This document shows, one piece after another, positions 24,590 through 36,681 of a stretch of 64,000 nucleotides of DNA. The notes under the pieces were generated by a model that saw only the letters and a program-made list of their open reading frames with translations, was not told where the DNA came from and did not search any database. A program made the position numbers and the translations under genes. The stretch is from Mobula hypostoma (taxonomy: Eukaryota): NCBI RefSeq assembly GCF_963921235.1, contig NC_086108.1, positions 14,694,001 to 14,758,000 on the forward strand, written 5' to 3'. Within the stretch, counting starts at the first letter, position 1. Each line of letters opens with the position of its first letter.

Positions 24590-26175
24590 TCCTGTCAGAA
24601 TAAAAGGCAAGGATTACAAGAAAACCTTGTTTTTTGAGAGATATGGAGACCTAGTTAAGCAAAAGAAGGACGTACATAGCAGAATTGGCTGGAAGGAACA
24701 AATGAGATCTTGAGGAGTGTAAGAAATACAAGAGAACACGAGAAGGAAATCAGGGCTAAAAGACAGGATGAAATGCTCTCGCGAGCAAGATGCAGGAGAA
24801 TCCCAAAGGCTTGTACAGATATATCAAAAATAAAAGGATAGCAAGTGACAAAATTAGTCCTCTTAAAGATCGGAGTGGTCATGTATGCATGGAGTCAAAA
24901 GAGATGGGGGAGATGTTTTGCATCTGTATTTACTTGTGAGACGGACACAAAGTTCATAGAAGTGAGGCAAAGCAGCAGTACAGATTACAGAGGAGGAGGG
25001 TTTGCTGTCTTGAGGCAAATTAAGATGGATAAATCCCCAGGGCCTGACAGGGTCTTCCCTCGGACTTTGTGGGAGGCGAAATCGAAGGGGCCCAAGCAGA
25101 GATATTTAAAAGTCTTTAGTACCAGGTGAGGTGCCGGAGAAAAGTTGTTGAAGGCAAGATAATGGGTGTTATCAACATGGACCTTAGCTAAGCCTTTGAT
25201 AAAAAGGCCAAAAAGGTTCAGTGCCTTGGTATTGAATTGGATTAGTCATTAGCTTCATGGAAGATGCCAGAGAATGGTTGCCTCTCTGATTGCAGTGTCC
25301 AGTGGAGTGCCACAGGGATCAGAATTGGGTCCGTTATTGTTTATCATTTATATCAGCGATCTGTATGATAATGTGGTTAACTGGATCAGCCAATTTGCAG
25401 ACAGCGAGGAAGTTCTACCAAAGCTTGCAGCGGGATCTGGACCAGCCGGAAAAATGGGCAGATGGAATTTAACACAGAAGTGTGAGGTGTAATTCTGAGA
25501 GGACTAACATGGATGGTGGTAGGGCACTGAGGAGTACGGTAGAACAGAGGGATATGGGAATACAGATACATATTCCTTAAAAATGGCATCTGAAGAGGTT
25601 TGGAATAGAGTCTGTACCATGCAGCCAATGAATAGCTGGGACTTATTTAGATAGCCTTGAAAGAGAGTATTTGGCACATTGGCCTTCATAAATTGAAGTA
25701 TTGAGAACAAGAGTTGGGATGTTATGTTGAAGTTGTATAAGACGCTGGTGAGGCCTAATTTGGAGTATTGTGTGCACCCACCTATAGGAAAGATATCAAT
25801 AAGATTGTAAGACTGCGGAGAAAATATATCAGGATGTTGCCAGGACTGAAGGAGCTAATTTATATGGAAAGGTTGAAGACATCTGGACTTTATTCCCCGG
25901 AGCGTAGGAGAATGAGGGGAAATTGGATAGAGGTATACAAAATCATGAGGTCTATAGAATGGGTAATTGCAAGCAGGCCTTTTCCATTGAGGTTGAGTGA
26001 GATTAGAACTAGAGGTCATGGGTCAAAGGTAAAAAGTAAAATGTTTAAGGGGAACATGAGGGGGATCTACTTTACTCATAGGGTGGTGAGAGTGTGGAAC
26101 AAGCTGCCAATGGAAGTGGTGGTTGCAGGTTTGATTGCAACATTTAAGAGAAATTTGGATAGATACATGGATGAG
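24590..26175 (+). mobile_element. Degenerate CR1 LINE
   Basis: DKSPGPD, SGVPQGSELGP, FTHRVVRVWNKLP. Confidence 0.85.
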
Positions 26176-26176
26176 A

Positions 26177-26360
26177 AACTCCACAATGGATGGGTCCCAA
26201 GCCCTGCTGCAAAAGGAGGACGGTTGGCTATGAGGCTAGCAACCCCTTCTCTTGAAAACCCAGTGCTACGGAAACATCAACACAAGCTTCAAAGACCTCA
26301 TCCCTGAGAAAGGAAGGATTTTTGAAGATGGGTTACACCTACATTTGGGCGAAGATGAAC
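26177..26360 (+). mobile_element. Short RTE-type element beginning with a degenerate twister ribozyme (26177-26227)
   Basis: AA-CTCC-ACAAT..TGGG-TCCCAAGC-CCTG..AAAA-GGAG-GACGG-TTGG followed by the RTE-like leader ggctagcaacccc. Confidence 0.7.
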
Positions 26361-26379
26361 GGTAGAATGGGAAGATGAG

Positions 26380-28660
26380 CAGTATAAAGAGGAGAGGGGG
26401 AGTGACGAAGAGTAGAATGGGAAGATGATAAGTATAAAGAGGAGAGGGAGAGTGATGAGAGACCATCCTGAGGTGATTGGAGGACAGAGGGAAGGATATA
26501 GGATTACAGACAGGTCGAGCTAGGCGGGGGGGTGGGTGGATTTAGGGGACAGAGGCAATTGGATAGCAAATTGAGGTAGATGGAATAAGGTGAAGGGTGA
26601 AGGTTAGAGATAGCTATGGGAGGATGATAAATAGGAACACAAAGAGCTGCCAATGCTAGAGTCTGATAACTGAGCCAGTAATGGGCTCTTGCTTCACTAA
26701 ACTTAACTTAACTCCTTGATTCCATCCTGTCTTCCCTTGTTCATTCCTTTCCACCTACTTGCAGGACACTTCACATGCATTCCATCACTTTGATAACTCC
26801 CTATTCGCTGGCTCCCATTGCTTCAACTTCACTGTGGATATTCAGTAGTTATACACCTTCAGTCCCCCATCGTGATAGTCTTAGAACTCTGTTTCTTTCT
26901 GCAACAAAGGCTAAATCATTTTCTCTCCACCAACACTCTCATTTGCCTGGCTGAACAACTCTTGGCTCCACTCACTTCTTACAAATCAAAGATGTAGACA
27001 TAGGTATCTAAATAAGCCCCAGTTATTCATTGGCTGCATGGTACAGTCTCTATTCCAAACCTTCACAGCTCTTTCTCTGTTACAGCAATGACTGTGTTGG
27101 TGTTGCTTCATGCATCCATGTGGAATTCATCAATTTATCACCTTCACCACAAGCTTCCACCCTCCCGTCAAATTTACGTGGACTATTTCTGAAACTTCTC
27201 TCCCTTTTCTAGTTCTCTCTGCCTCCTTCTCAGAAGACAAACTATCCACTGCTATTTACTATAAATGCGCTACCTCCCACAGCTACTTAGTCTACACCTC
27301 TTCCCACCTTGTCTCTTATTGCAGTGCCATTTGTCATCCCTTACTCCTAGTTTCTCTATCAATGCCACATCAGCTCTCAAGATGAGGCTTTCTGTTCCAG
27401 GACATCTGAACTGCCCTCCATTTTCAGGAATCATGCTTTCCCTTCCGCTGTGGTTCACTGTCAGGTCACTTGTCTGAGTGCTACTGGTACCATGTAACCC
27501 AGTACTACCTGTCGCATGGTTGGGTGGTCGGCGACTAAACTGGCTCTCCTACCAGGCTTGCCTGGTGAGGAGGGTGGTTAGACACCCTGCAGGACGGATG
27601 AACCTCTTGTAGGGTCAATGGCCATCTACCAAACACGTGCCGTGAAGCGCAGCAAGGGCATCCCTTGCATTGAAGCTTGGTCTGGCCATTCACTGCAACA
27701 GAACTTCCCCCAGCTGTCTTGGACTCCACCATGCCACTGGATCAGGGAAAGGATGTCGAGAGGGTGGGTCTGGACCTGTGCAACCCCTACTCACCTAAAA
27801 TCCATTCACGCACACGCTGTTCCTTTTAGGAAACTGAAGGGAACCATCATCATCCTATGGGATGGATAGCCAGAGAGGTTGATGGAGCCCAATCATGTTT
27901 CTCATACTTCTGCTCTCGTCCCACCTCCTCCCAGACAGAACAGTTCCCCTGATTCTTACTTTTCACCCTACCAGCCTCCATACCCAACACATCACCCGTT
28001 ATCATTTCCTCCAGAGGCAATGAGATCTCACTGCCTTTCCCTTCCCACCTTACACAGTGACAACTCACTCTGTGACACCATCATTCATTTGCTCAGACCT
28101 CCCAGCCACATCTCCCTGACCCCAACACATTTGCTTGCAATCACAGGAGATGTGACACTTGTCCGTACACCTCCTCTCTCACCATCATCCAGGCACTTAA
28201 GTAGTCTCTCACTCTCTCCCTCTCTCTCCCCTCCCCTCCCCCTCCCTCTCCCCACCTCCCTCCACCCACTGTACCTGATATGTCTCCTCTCACAACTGGT
28301 TCCATCTGTCCTTCACCTCTCCCATAATAGTTCCCACGTTCACCTCCTTTACTTAGCCAACTCCAGCACTGGTAGCCCTTGTGTTCCTGCTTATCTTCCT
28401 CCAGCCATGTCTCCAACCTTCACCCTTTCCTACCCTCATTTCACTGCCTCTGTTTTCCCTTTGATTGATGCTACTCAGCATCACCTACCATTGTCTCCCA
28501 ACTCTACCCACCTGCCACAGTCCACTAATATCTCAATTCCTCTCTTATCACTCCCCCTTTATTCTTTTACTGACCCTCTTCAGTCTTTCTGCAAGGTTTT
28601 GGCACGAAATATCAAAAATTCCTTTCCCCCAACAGATGCTGCTCAACCTGCTGAGTGTCA
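26380..28660. mobile_element. Old PLE (short - arm, long + RT/UTR arm) split by an RTE-type element
   Basis: FTTSFHPPVKFTWTISETSLPFL RT motif near 27140-27210; CT-rich UTR; pLTR tail near 28590-28655. Confidence 0.7.
27465..27870 (+). mobile_element. Non-autonomous, probably RTE-type element with a (CAT)n tail and a possible HDV-like 5' fold
   Basis: GC-richer insert interrupting a PLE; gcaacccctactcacctaaaa leader motif; catcatcatc end. Confidence 0.5.
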
Positions 28661-28889
28661 AAGCTCTGTTGGTTCAGCCCAACTTCAGCCTTGTTTCTAG
28701 TTCCTTAATAGAGATTCTGTCATTTTCTCTCTTACTGATGTCAGGCTAACTACTCTGGAGTCTCCCGCTCTCTCCACTCTTACATCTGAGCATCGATTCA
28801 GAAAGGAGAAGAGCAGAGATGGAAAGGAACAGGAGAAAATTGGTGAAGCAATTTGAACCGGAGTAAACAAGGGTTAGAAAAACGGGGGA

Positions 28890-31800
28890 TAAAAATTGTA
28901 CAGCAGAGAAACAGACCCCTCATCCCACCATGTCTATGTTGAACATCAAGTGCATAACAATATTACAACATTTTACTAGCATTTGATCTGTAGCCTACTG
29001 TGCTCTGGTGATTCAGGTGCTTTTAATATGTTGCATAAGAGTTAGAACAGGCAGCTCAGGACAAGCCCTTTGACCCACCGTATTGTGTCGAAAATGTTGT
29101 TAGACATTTCCTCTCTCTCTTCCTCTTCTAAAACCTTAAATCTATGTCCTCTAATCTTAGACACTCTACTATGATGAAAAGTTTACTATCCACCTATTTT
29201 CGCATAATTTTGTATACCTGTCAGGTTGGTTCTCATCCTCCTCCACTCCAAGGAAATAAAAACCCCACTCTATCCAGGCTCTCCTCGCAGTTGAAACAAT
29301 CCATCCCATGTCACGTCGTGATGGAGGATTTCGACCCGAAACATTGACAGTTCTTTTCCTCCCAACAGATGCTGCTCGATCCACTGAGTTCCTCTAGCAG
29401 ATTGTTTGTTGCAGCATATTCCAGCATCTGCCACCTCTTGTCTCTCTGTCCTCTGCACCGTCTCAAAAGCAATCATGTCCTTCCAATACTCTTTGTGATT
29501 TTCGTATATTCTGAGCCCCAGCTAATGAAGGAAAGCATCCTTTATTTATCCACGCAAATGAATTCAAGGGCTCTTGAACTTGTAAACTAAGATTCCTCTG
29601 TTCCTCAATACTCCCGAGAGACGTATGCCCCATTGTGCATGCTATGCCCCTGATATACCCTCCAAAATGCATAATTTCACACTACCATGTTTAAATTTCA
29701 TCTGCCATAACTAAGTGAACAAGGCACATGTAGTGAGACAAATTAAATTGTTATATTTTAGCTGTTATAGAACATAGAGCAGTACAGCTCAGGAACTGGT
29801 CCTTCATCCCACAATGATGTGCTGCACCAATTACTATAGTAATCAAATGACCAACTAAACTAATCCCTTATGCCTACCAATGTCCATATCCTTACATTTA
29901 CCTCATATTCATATGTCCAACTAAACCTCTCTTAAGAATCTCTAATGTATCTGCCTCTACCACCAGCCCATGCAGCACATTCCAGACACCCAGCACTCTC
30001 TGTGTAAAAAAAACTTGCCCCTCACATTTCCTTTGAAATTACCCCCCCCCCCCCCACACACCTTAAATGCATGCCCTCTGGTATTGGACATTTCAACACT
30101 GGGAATAAGATATTGTCTGTCTACTCTATCTTATCAACCTCGATCAGATCCCCCCTCGAACATCTCATTATAGCACATATTCTCTAATCAAGGCAGCATC
30201 TTGGCATCATGTTTCTGAAACATGAGCAGTACTGACATTGGTACAGGCCTTTTAGATAAGGGAGAGGAAGGATGAACAAAGAGTAAGGCAACAACAATCT
30301 TGGAGACAAGAAGTCTCTGTGAATCATAATATTATGGAAGGCTCATTTTAAATGAGGGAGCAAAAAGGGACATTCACCTTATTGACAGAGTATAAGATCT
30401 CCAAGCAGTCCACTCTGATGGAGAGACAAGTATGGAAACAAGTCATTTACTGCAGCAAATCCAAGTGGGTGAAAAATATTTCAATGCCCCAAATATTAAC
30501 TGCAATGCAGTCAGTACAAACAGTACACAAGGCGCAAAGTACCTAAAGTACCTGCAGAAGGACTTCTTTGATGGCAGTATGTGATAAGCCCATCTCAAAG
30601 AGAGTAACAACATCTGCTGGACTTACTGGGTTGAGCAGCGGCTGTGGGGAGAAAGGAATTGTTGAGGTTTCGGGTCGGAACCCTGCATCAGGATTCCCAC
30701 CCCTCCACCTCAAGGAGAGCAACTCTGTATTTATTTTTTGGAATGAACCTGAGTACTGTGAGAGCATTTCTTTAGAAGATAATTCATTTAGATTCAATGT
30801 AGTTAGGGATAGGATAACGCTAAAATAGGAGTTTGTATTAGGGTAGAGGCAATCTTACCAGACAGAAAAGAGGACAGAAAATAGTTACACCAATATAAAT
30901 CTTTAGAAAGAACAGAAGGTATTTAATGAAGGGCACTCAAGGGCTTCAAAGTGAATTAGGTCCGGTAAAGATAAAGAACAAGACTATCAAACCCAGAGCC
31001 CTTGGATGATGTGATAACACAGGCAGGAAAAGGCAAAAACAGGAAGCTTTGATCAGAAGCTAGAATGCAGCAGACAGCTCGGAAGATTAGGAAGTATGAA
31101 AGAGTAATTAATAAGGAAATGTGGAAAACCAAAGAGAAAATTATGGCAAAAATCCACTATGTACATAAAGCAAAGAATGCGTAGGTTCTTAATGGATATT
31201 TTGCAGCTGTTTACAAAAGGGGGATAATCTCAGTGTTATAATTAACATAAATGGGTGAAATAAAGATGGTAAAAGAGGAAATATTAAGGGATTTTGCGTC
31301 TTTGGAAGTGGATAAACTACTGCAGTTGGATGAAATGTATATCAAGCTGCTAAGAGAAGCAAGGAGGGAAATTGCAGAAGGTCTAACTAAATCTTTCCCG
31401 ATCTCCCAGGGTATTTCCAAATGCAGTATCCATAATAAGGAGGTTTGCAGATGAAACAAATATTGGGTATGTGGTTGACAATAGAGATCTTTAGACAGCA
31501 GAAAGACAAAAATGGTTTGGTAAGATGAGGAAAAACATTCTTAATGTTATTTGATCAATACACTCAGAAGTGTTGACAATCATTCTGAACAGAACCCCTT
31601 GCATTGTTACCCCCTTCAGTATAAGGACAATGGTGTGCTGCTGCAATTCGTCTATAAGTTAATGGAGTAGAAATAGGCTATTCAGCCCACTGATCGTGCT
31701 ACACCATTCAATTATTGTGGATGTTTTAACCCCATTCACCTGCCTTCTTTCCGTAACCCTTAACCATGTTACCAAGCAAGAACCTATTGATCTTAGCCTT

Positions 31801-32800
31801 AAATACACTCAATGACTTGGCCTCCACAACCAATGAATTCCATAGATTCAGCATGCTCTGGCTGAAGAAATACCTCTCACATTTAAATGTCCCTTTATTC
31901 TGAGGCCATGCCCTCAGATCCTAGACTAATTGAAATATCCTCTGTACGTCCAGGCCCTTAAGTACTCAATCACAAACAAGATAAAATCTGCAGATGCTGG
32001 AAATTCAAGCAACACACACAAAATGCTTGAGGAACTCAGCAGGGAGCATCTATGGAAAAGAGTACATACGACATTTTGAGCCAAGATGCTTCAGTAGGAC
32101 TGGAGAAAATAAGATGAGGAGTCCTTTAAATATTCCGTATTAAGTATTGAGTACTTAGTATTCAGTAGGTTTCAATGAGATTGAAAATCCTTCTGAGCTT
32201 CATTAAGTACAGGTTCAAACATCATACACTCCTCATACATTAAACCTTACATTCCTGAAATCATTCCTGCGAGCCTTCTCTGGACCCTGTCCAGAGCTAG
32301 CAGACCATTCCTTAAATATGGGCCCCAAAATTGCTCACATTTACAGCCAGCCCACGCCTTCAGTTCTGCGTATGATCCTGGTCTCCAGGGAGGTTGAGAT
32401 TGTATTGGAGAGGAGATTTACGAGGATGTTTCCAGGACACGGAAATGGTAGTAGTGAGGAAAAGTGGAATGCCTGGTGTTTTTCACAGTAGGTTGAGTGA
32501 AGCTGTAACTGAGGTTTGTGGAGTTATTAGAGACCTGGGTAGAGAAAATAGGACCAACGTGTTTATCTAGTTGGTCTAGGAACAAGATGAGGATAGGTTC
32601 TGCAACCCAGAGTCTGGTGAAAGGCAGAAACCTCCGTCACATTTATACATTGTTAGGATGTGTACTGGAAGAGCTATGACCTGCAGAGCTACAGATCTAG
32701 TCGTGGGGGTGGGGAGCGCGGGCTGTGGGTTGGGGTTAGATTTGACTGATGACTGGTATGGATGTGATGGGCTGAATGGACTTCTTCGCCATGCATTTTC
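28890..32800. mobile_element. Mosaic of old CR1 fragments on both strands with short PLE tails (about 29320-29440 +, 30600-30695 -, 31970-32110 -)
   Basis: CR1 3' UTR and RT remnants; PLE tail motif ctgcagatgctggaaattcaagcaacacacacaaaatgc. Confidence 0.65.
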
Positions 32801-33388
32801 TATGAATGAAAGGGTGCCTGTGTATCAATAATTTATTGCAATTGGAAGATAGGAGGGGTTTGGATGAAGGCTCCCTTTCAGAACATGGATGACCCCATCT
32901 ATTGCTCTGTTAGTAGATACAAAGGTTGACCACCTAACTGAACTCTCCTGCCATTTCTAAGATTAGTGTCCCAAGAAAAAAGTGGAGACAAATTCTCAAT
33001 GTGAAGCAAGAAAGTTGATGTTTTTCCTCAGTGTTTTTGTTCATGTGTCATAAAAAGGTGGGAAGGTTGATGTTGTGGGTTAGCTGCTGGGTAACAGGGG
33101 ATGGCCACTGTGAAGGTAGATAGGCTAGAAATCCAATGGTGGTTGGTAGGTCCAAAGTTCTCAGTGGCAGGAAGGTGCAGGACGTGGAAAAGCTGGAGAA
33201 TACTATCAGATAGAGGGGGAGGTAAGCGATGGATAAGGGAAAATAATGCCCTTGCAAGAAAACACATAACCTGCTAGAGTCACCGGATTGGATCTATTGT
33301 GGGAAGTAGCTAGATCCCAGTATGGAGACAGGATGAAAAGGCAGCATTGCTGGAGCTGGCTGTGGCTTACTGTCCTTCTCCTTTATAG

Positions 33389-33494
33389 AGACTGGTACTG
33401 ATGAATATGCCTGTGACCGAGGACAAGACTGTCCACTTCACCTCCACCCTCATGGCCTTGATCAGGACTGCACTTCAAATCAAGCTTGCAAGAG
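33389..33494 (+). CDS. CACNA1E: Cav2.3 exon 38 (proximal C-terminus)
   Basis: ttatag acceptor and gtaagc donor; 106 nt; [35 protein letters not shown] plus G. Confidence 0.96.
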
Positions 33495-33790
33495 GTAAGC
33501 GGACATTCATCATCGACATCACAACTCCACAAACCTTAACCGGGAGTAACCACATCAAGAACACTTTGGTGCGTTTTATCACAGTAAAATGTCCCAAGGT
33601 GTATCATGGTGTGTTTATCAGACACAATTAAAATGCTCCTGATAATTGGGACCTGAAATAAAAACAGGTAGCAGAAAATAATTAGCAGGTTAGAAGTGCA
33701 TCAGAGGCAAGAGAAACAGATTAACTTTTCATCACATCACTGGATGTATAATTCTCTCCAACACATACACATTCTTACTGTTGCTCAGAC

Positions 33791-33977
33791 CTCAGCAGCT
33801 CAGGCAGCATCTATGGAGGGAAATAGACAGCCGACAATTCAGCTCAAGGCTCTTCATCTGATCTTGATAAAGGGTTTCAACCTGAAATGTTGACTATCCA
33901 TTTCCATCCAGAGATGCTGCTTGACGTGCTGTGTTCCTCCGGCACCTTTTGTGTTTCCTCCAGGTTCCAGCATCCCC
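33791..33977. mobile_element. Old short PLE-derived fold-back element
   Basis: caggcagcatctatggagggaaatagacag versus ctatccatttccatccagagatgctgcttg inverted arms. Confidence 0.65.
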
Positions 33978-34688
33978 AGTCTCTTATATCTTTGATTCTG
34001 AAGCCTTCTCCTTTCCAAAGTCTCATGCTTGCTCATTCTTACCCTCCCTTGCTCTCTCACCCTCCCTGACTCTCACCCTTCCTCACTCTCACCCTCCCTC
34101 ACTCACCATCCTCCCACTATCAGCTCTCCCTCACTTTCCTCCTCCATCACTCTCAGATCTTCCTCATTCTCACTGTCTGCCTCACACTCCGGCATATCCC
34201 TCACCCTCAATGTCATATTATGACTTGGAATTCTGATCTGCCAAACCCATCTTCTGAGCTCCCATTAACCCCATGTTCTCTCCATTTCCCACAAAGAGTT
34301 CCCTCGTTAACCTCAACCTCAAACATCCAGTCATTCAACCTTTGCAACTTAGTCAGTGAACTAGGTATTGGACAACACAATTATTAATTCACATTCCACT
34401 GCAGCAGTTCCGAGATTTGTAATTCAATTTCAAGATGTAAAATAAAAGCCATATCTATTTCTAGGCCAATTATCAGAAGCAGGGCAAATGAATGGGCTAA
34501 TTTTAATACCAGTCGATAATAATGAAATTCTTTCCAGTGGCCTAGATTATGGAAATTTCGTTTTGATCTTTAAGGACTGCAGTCCTTTTCAGTGTGTCTG
34601 ACTTTTAACTAATCCACACACTCAAGACCCATGCCCAACATCTCAGAATAACTTGATAGAGTCAAAATGTGGCCTTCCTCAGGTTGCC

Positions 34689-35580
34689 CAAACCACCAGA
34701 GAGAATCAGTAGTTTATAACCTTACTTTTTCACGATATCCTTCCATTCCATCTTCTTATTCTGACCTTTGTAGGATGAACCTTGATTTCTTGCAAGACAC
34801 CAGCCATAATGTACACATTGTATGAAAATGACCAGCTCAACAGTCCACCAGGGACACTGGACACAATTCTTGTTAGTGTAGTCACCAGGGACACTGGACA
34901 CACTTCTTGCTGGTGAGTCACCACGGACACTGGACACAACTTGCTTGTGTAGTCCCCTGGACACACTTCTTACTGGTGAGTCACCAGGGGCACTGATAGA
35001 AAAAACCATAGAAACCATAGAAACTACAGCACAGAAACAGGCCTTTTGGCCCTTCTTGGCTGTGCCGAACCATTTTCTGCCTAGTCCCTCTGACCTGCAC
35101 ACGGACCATATCCCTCCATACACCTCCCATCCATGTATCTGATAGAAACCATACAAACCGCCAGAAAGAATCAGAAGTTTATAACCTTACTTTTTCACGA
35201 TATCCTTCCATTCCATCTTCTTATTCTGACCTTTGTAGGATGAACCTTGATTTCTTGCAAGACACCAGCCATAATGTACACATTGTATGAAAATGACCAG
35301 CTCAACAGTCAACCAGGGACACTGGACACACTTCATGCTGGTGTAGTCACCACAGACACTGGACATATTTCTTGCTAGTGCAGTCACCAGGGACACTGGA
35401 CACACTTCTTGCTGGTGAGTCATCACGGACACTGGACACACTTCTTACTGGTGTAGTCACCACAGACACTGACACTTCTTGCTGGTGAGTCACTAGGAAC
35501 ACTGGACACACTTCCTGGTGGTGAGTCACCACAGACACTGGACGCACTTCTTGCTGATGTAGTCACCACAGACACTGGAC
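34689..35580. repeat. Local tandem duplication (about 160-bp head plus 36-bp minisatellite, two copies) with a CR1 tail inserted between them
   Basis: Heads at 34689 and 35154 are near-identical; unit gtcaccagggacactggacacacttcttgctggtga; CR1 tail 35003-35138 flanked by CTGATAGAAA (34993-35002, 35139-35148). Confidence 0.9.
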
Positions 35581-36570
35581 ATAAGAACATAAGAAGTAGG
35601 GGCAGGAGTAGGCCATCTGGCCCGTTAAGCCTGCTCCGCCATCCAATAAAATGATGGCTGATCTGGCCATGGGCTGATTTCCACCTATCTGCCTTTTCCC
35701 CATAACCGTAATTCCCCTACTATGCAAAAACCTGTCCAAACTTGTCTTAAATATATTTACTGAGGTAGCCTCCCCTGCTTCGTTGGGCAGAGAATTTCAC
35801 AAATTTGTCACCCTCTGGGAAAAGCAGTTCATCCTCATCTGCAACCTAAATCTACTCCCCTAAATCTTGAGGCTATGTGCCCTAGTTCTAGTCTTAGCTA
35901 TCAGTGGAAACAACTTTCATGCCTTTACCTTGTCTATCCCTTTCATAATTTCATGTTTCTGTAAGGTCTGCTCTCATTCTTCTGAATTCCCGTGAGTAGA
36001 GTCCCAGGTGACTCAATCTCTCCTCATAGTCTAACCTCTTCATAACTGGAATTAACCTGGTGAACCTCCTCTGCACCGCCTCCAAAGCCAGTATATCCTT
36101 CCTCAAGTAAGGAGATCAGAACTGCACGCAGTTCTCCGCGTGCAGCCTCACTGGTACCCTGTACAGTTGCAGCATAACCTCCTTGCTCTTAAATTCAATC
36201 CCTTGAGCAATGAAGGCCAACGTTCCATTTGCCTTCTTTGTAGCCTGCTGCACCTGCAAACCAGCCTTTTGTGATTCATGCAAGTCCCTCTGCACAGCAG
36301 CATGCTGCAATATTTTACATTGAAATAATAATCTGCTCTTCCATTTTTCCTTCCAAGTGGATGACGTTACCAGCATTGTATTCCATCTGCCAGACCCTTG
36401 CCCACTCACTTAACCTATCTATATCTCTCTGCAGACTCTCCGTATCTTCTGAACAATTTGCTTTTCCACTCACCTTAATATCATCAGCAAACTTAGATAC
36501 ACTACTCTCGGTCCCTTCTTCCAAATTGTCAATGTATATTGTACACAGTCGCAGGCCCAGCACCGACCCC
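35580..36570 (-). mobile_element. 5'-truncated CR1 LINE
   Basis: GSVLG..YIDNLEEG..SKFADDIK; cataagaa tail at 35580. Confidence 0.9.
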
Positions 36571-36681
36571 TTTGAATTTCCCAAGTACACTAAATTAAAG
36601 TGAATAACTAGTTGGTAATTATCACCCAATTACACTGACAGCTTTATTCCAAGTTACATGGGGAGCTTTATTGTAGTCTAA

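Noticed and set aside
27879..28700. 273-aa ORF
   Set aside because: Low-complexity Pro/Ser/Leu translation of a CT-rich PLE 3' UTR; no domain motifs or exon structure.
34846..35580. CRISPR-like 36-bp palindromic repeats
   Set aside because: Units are contiguous with no unique spacers and no cas genes, inside a vertebrate intron; this is a minisatellite.
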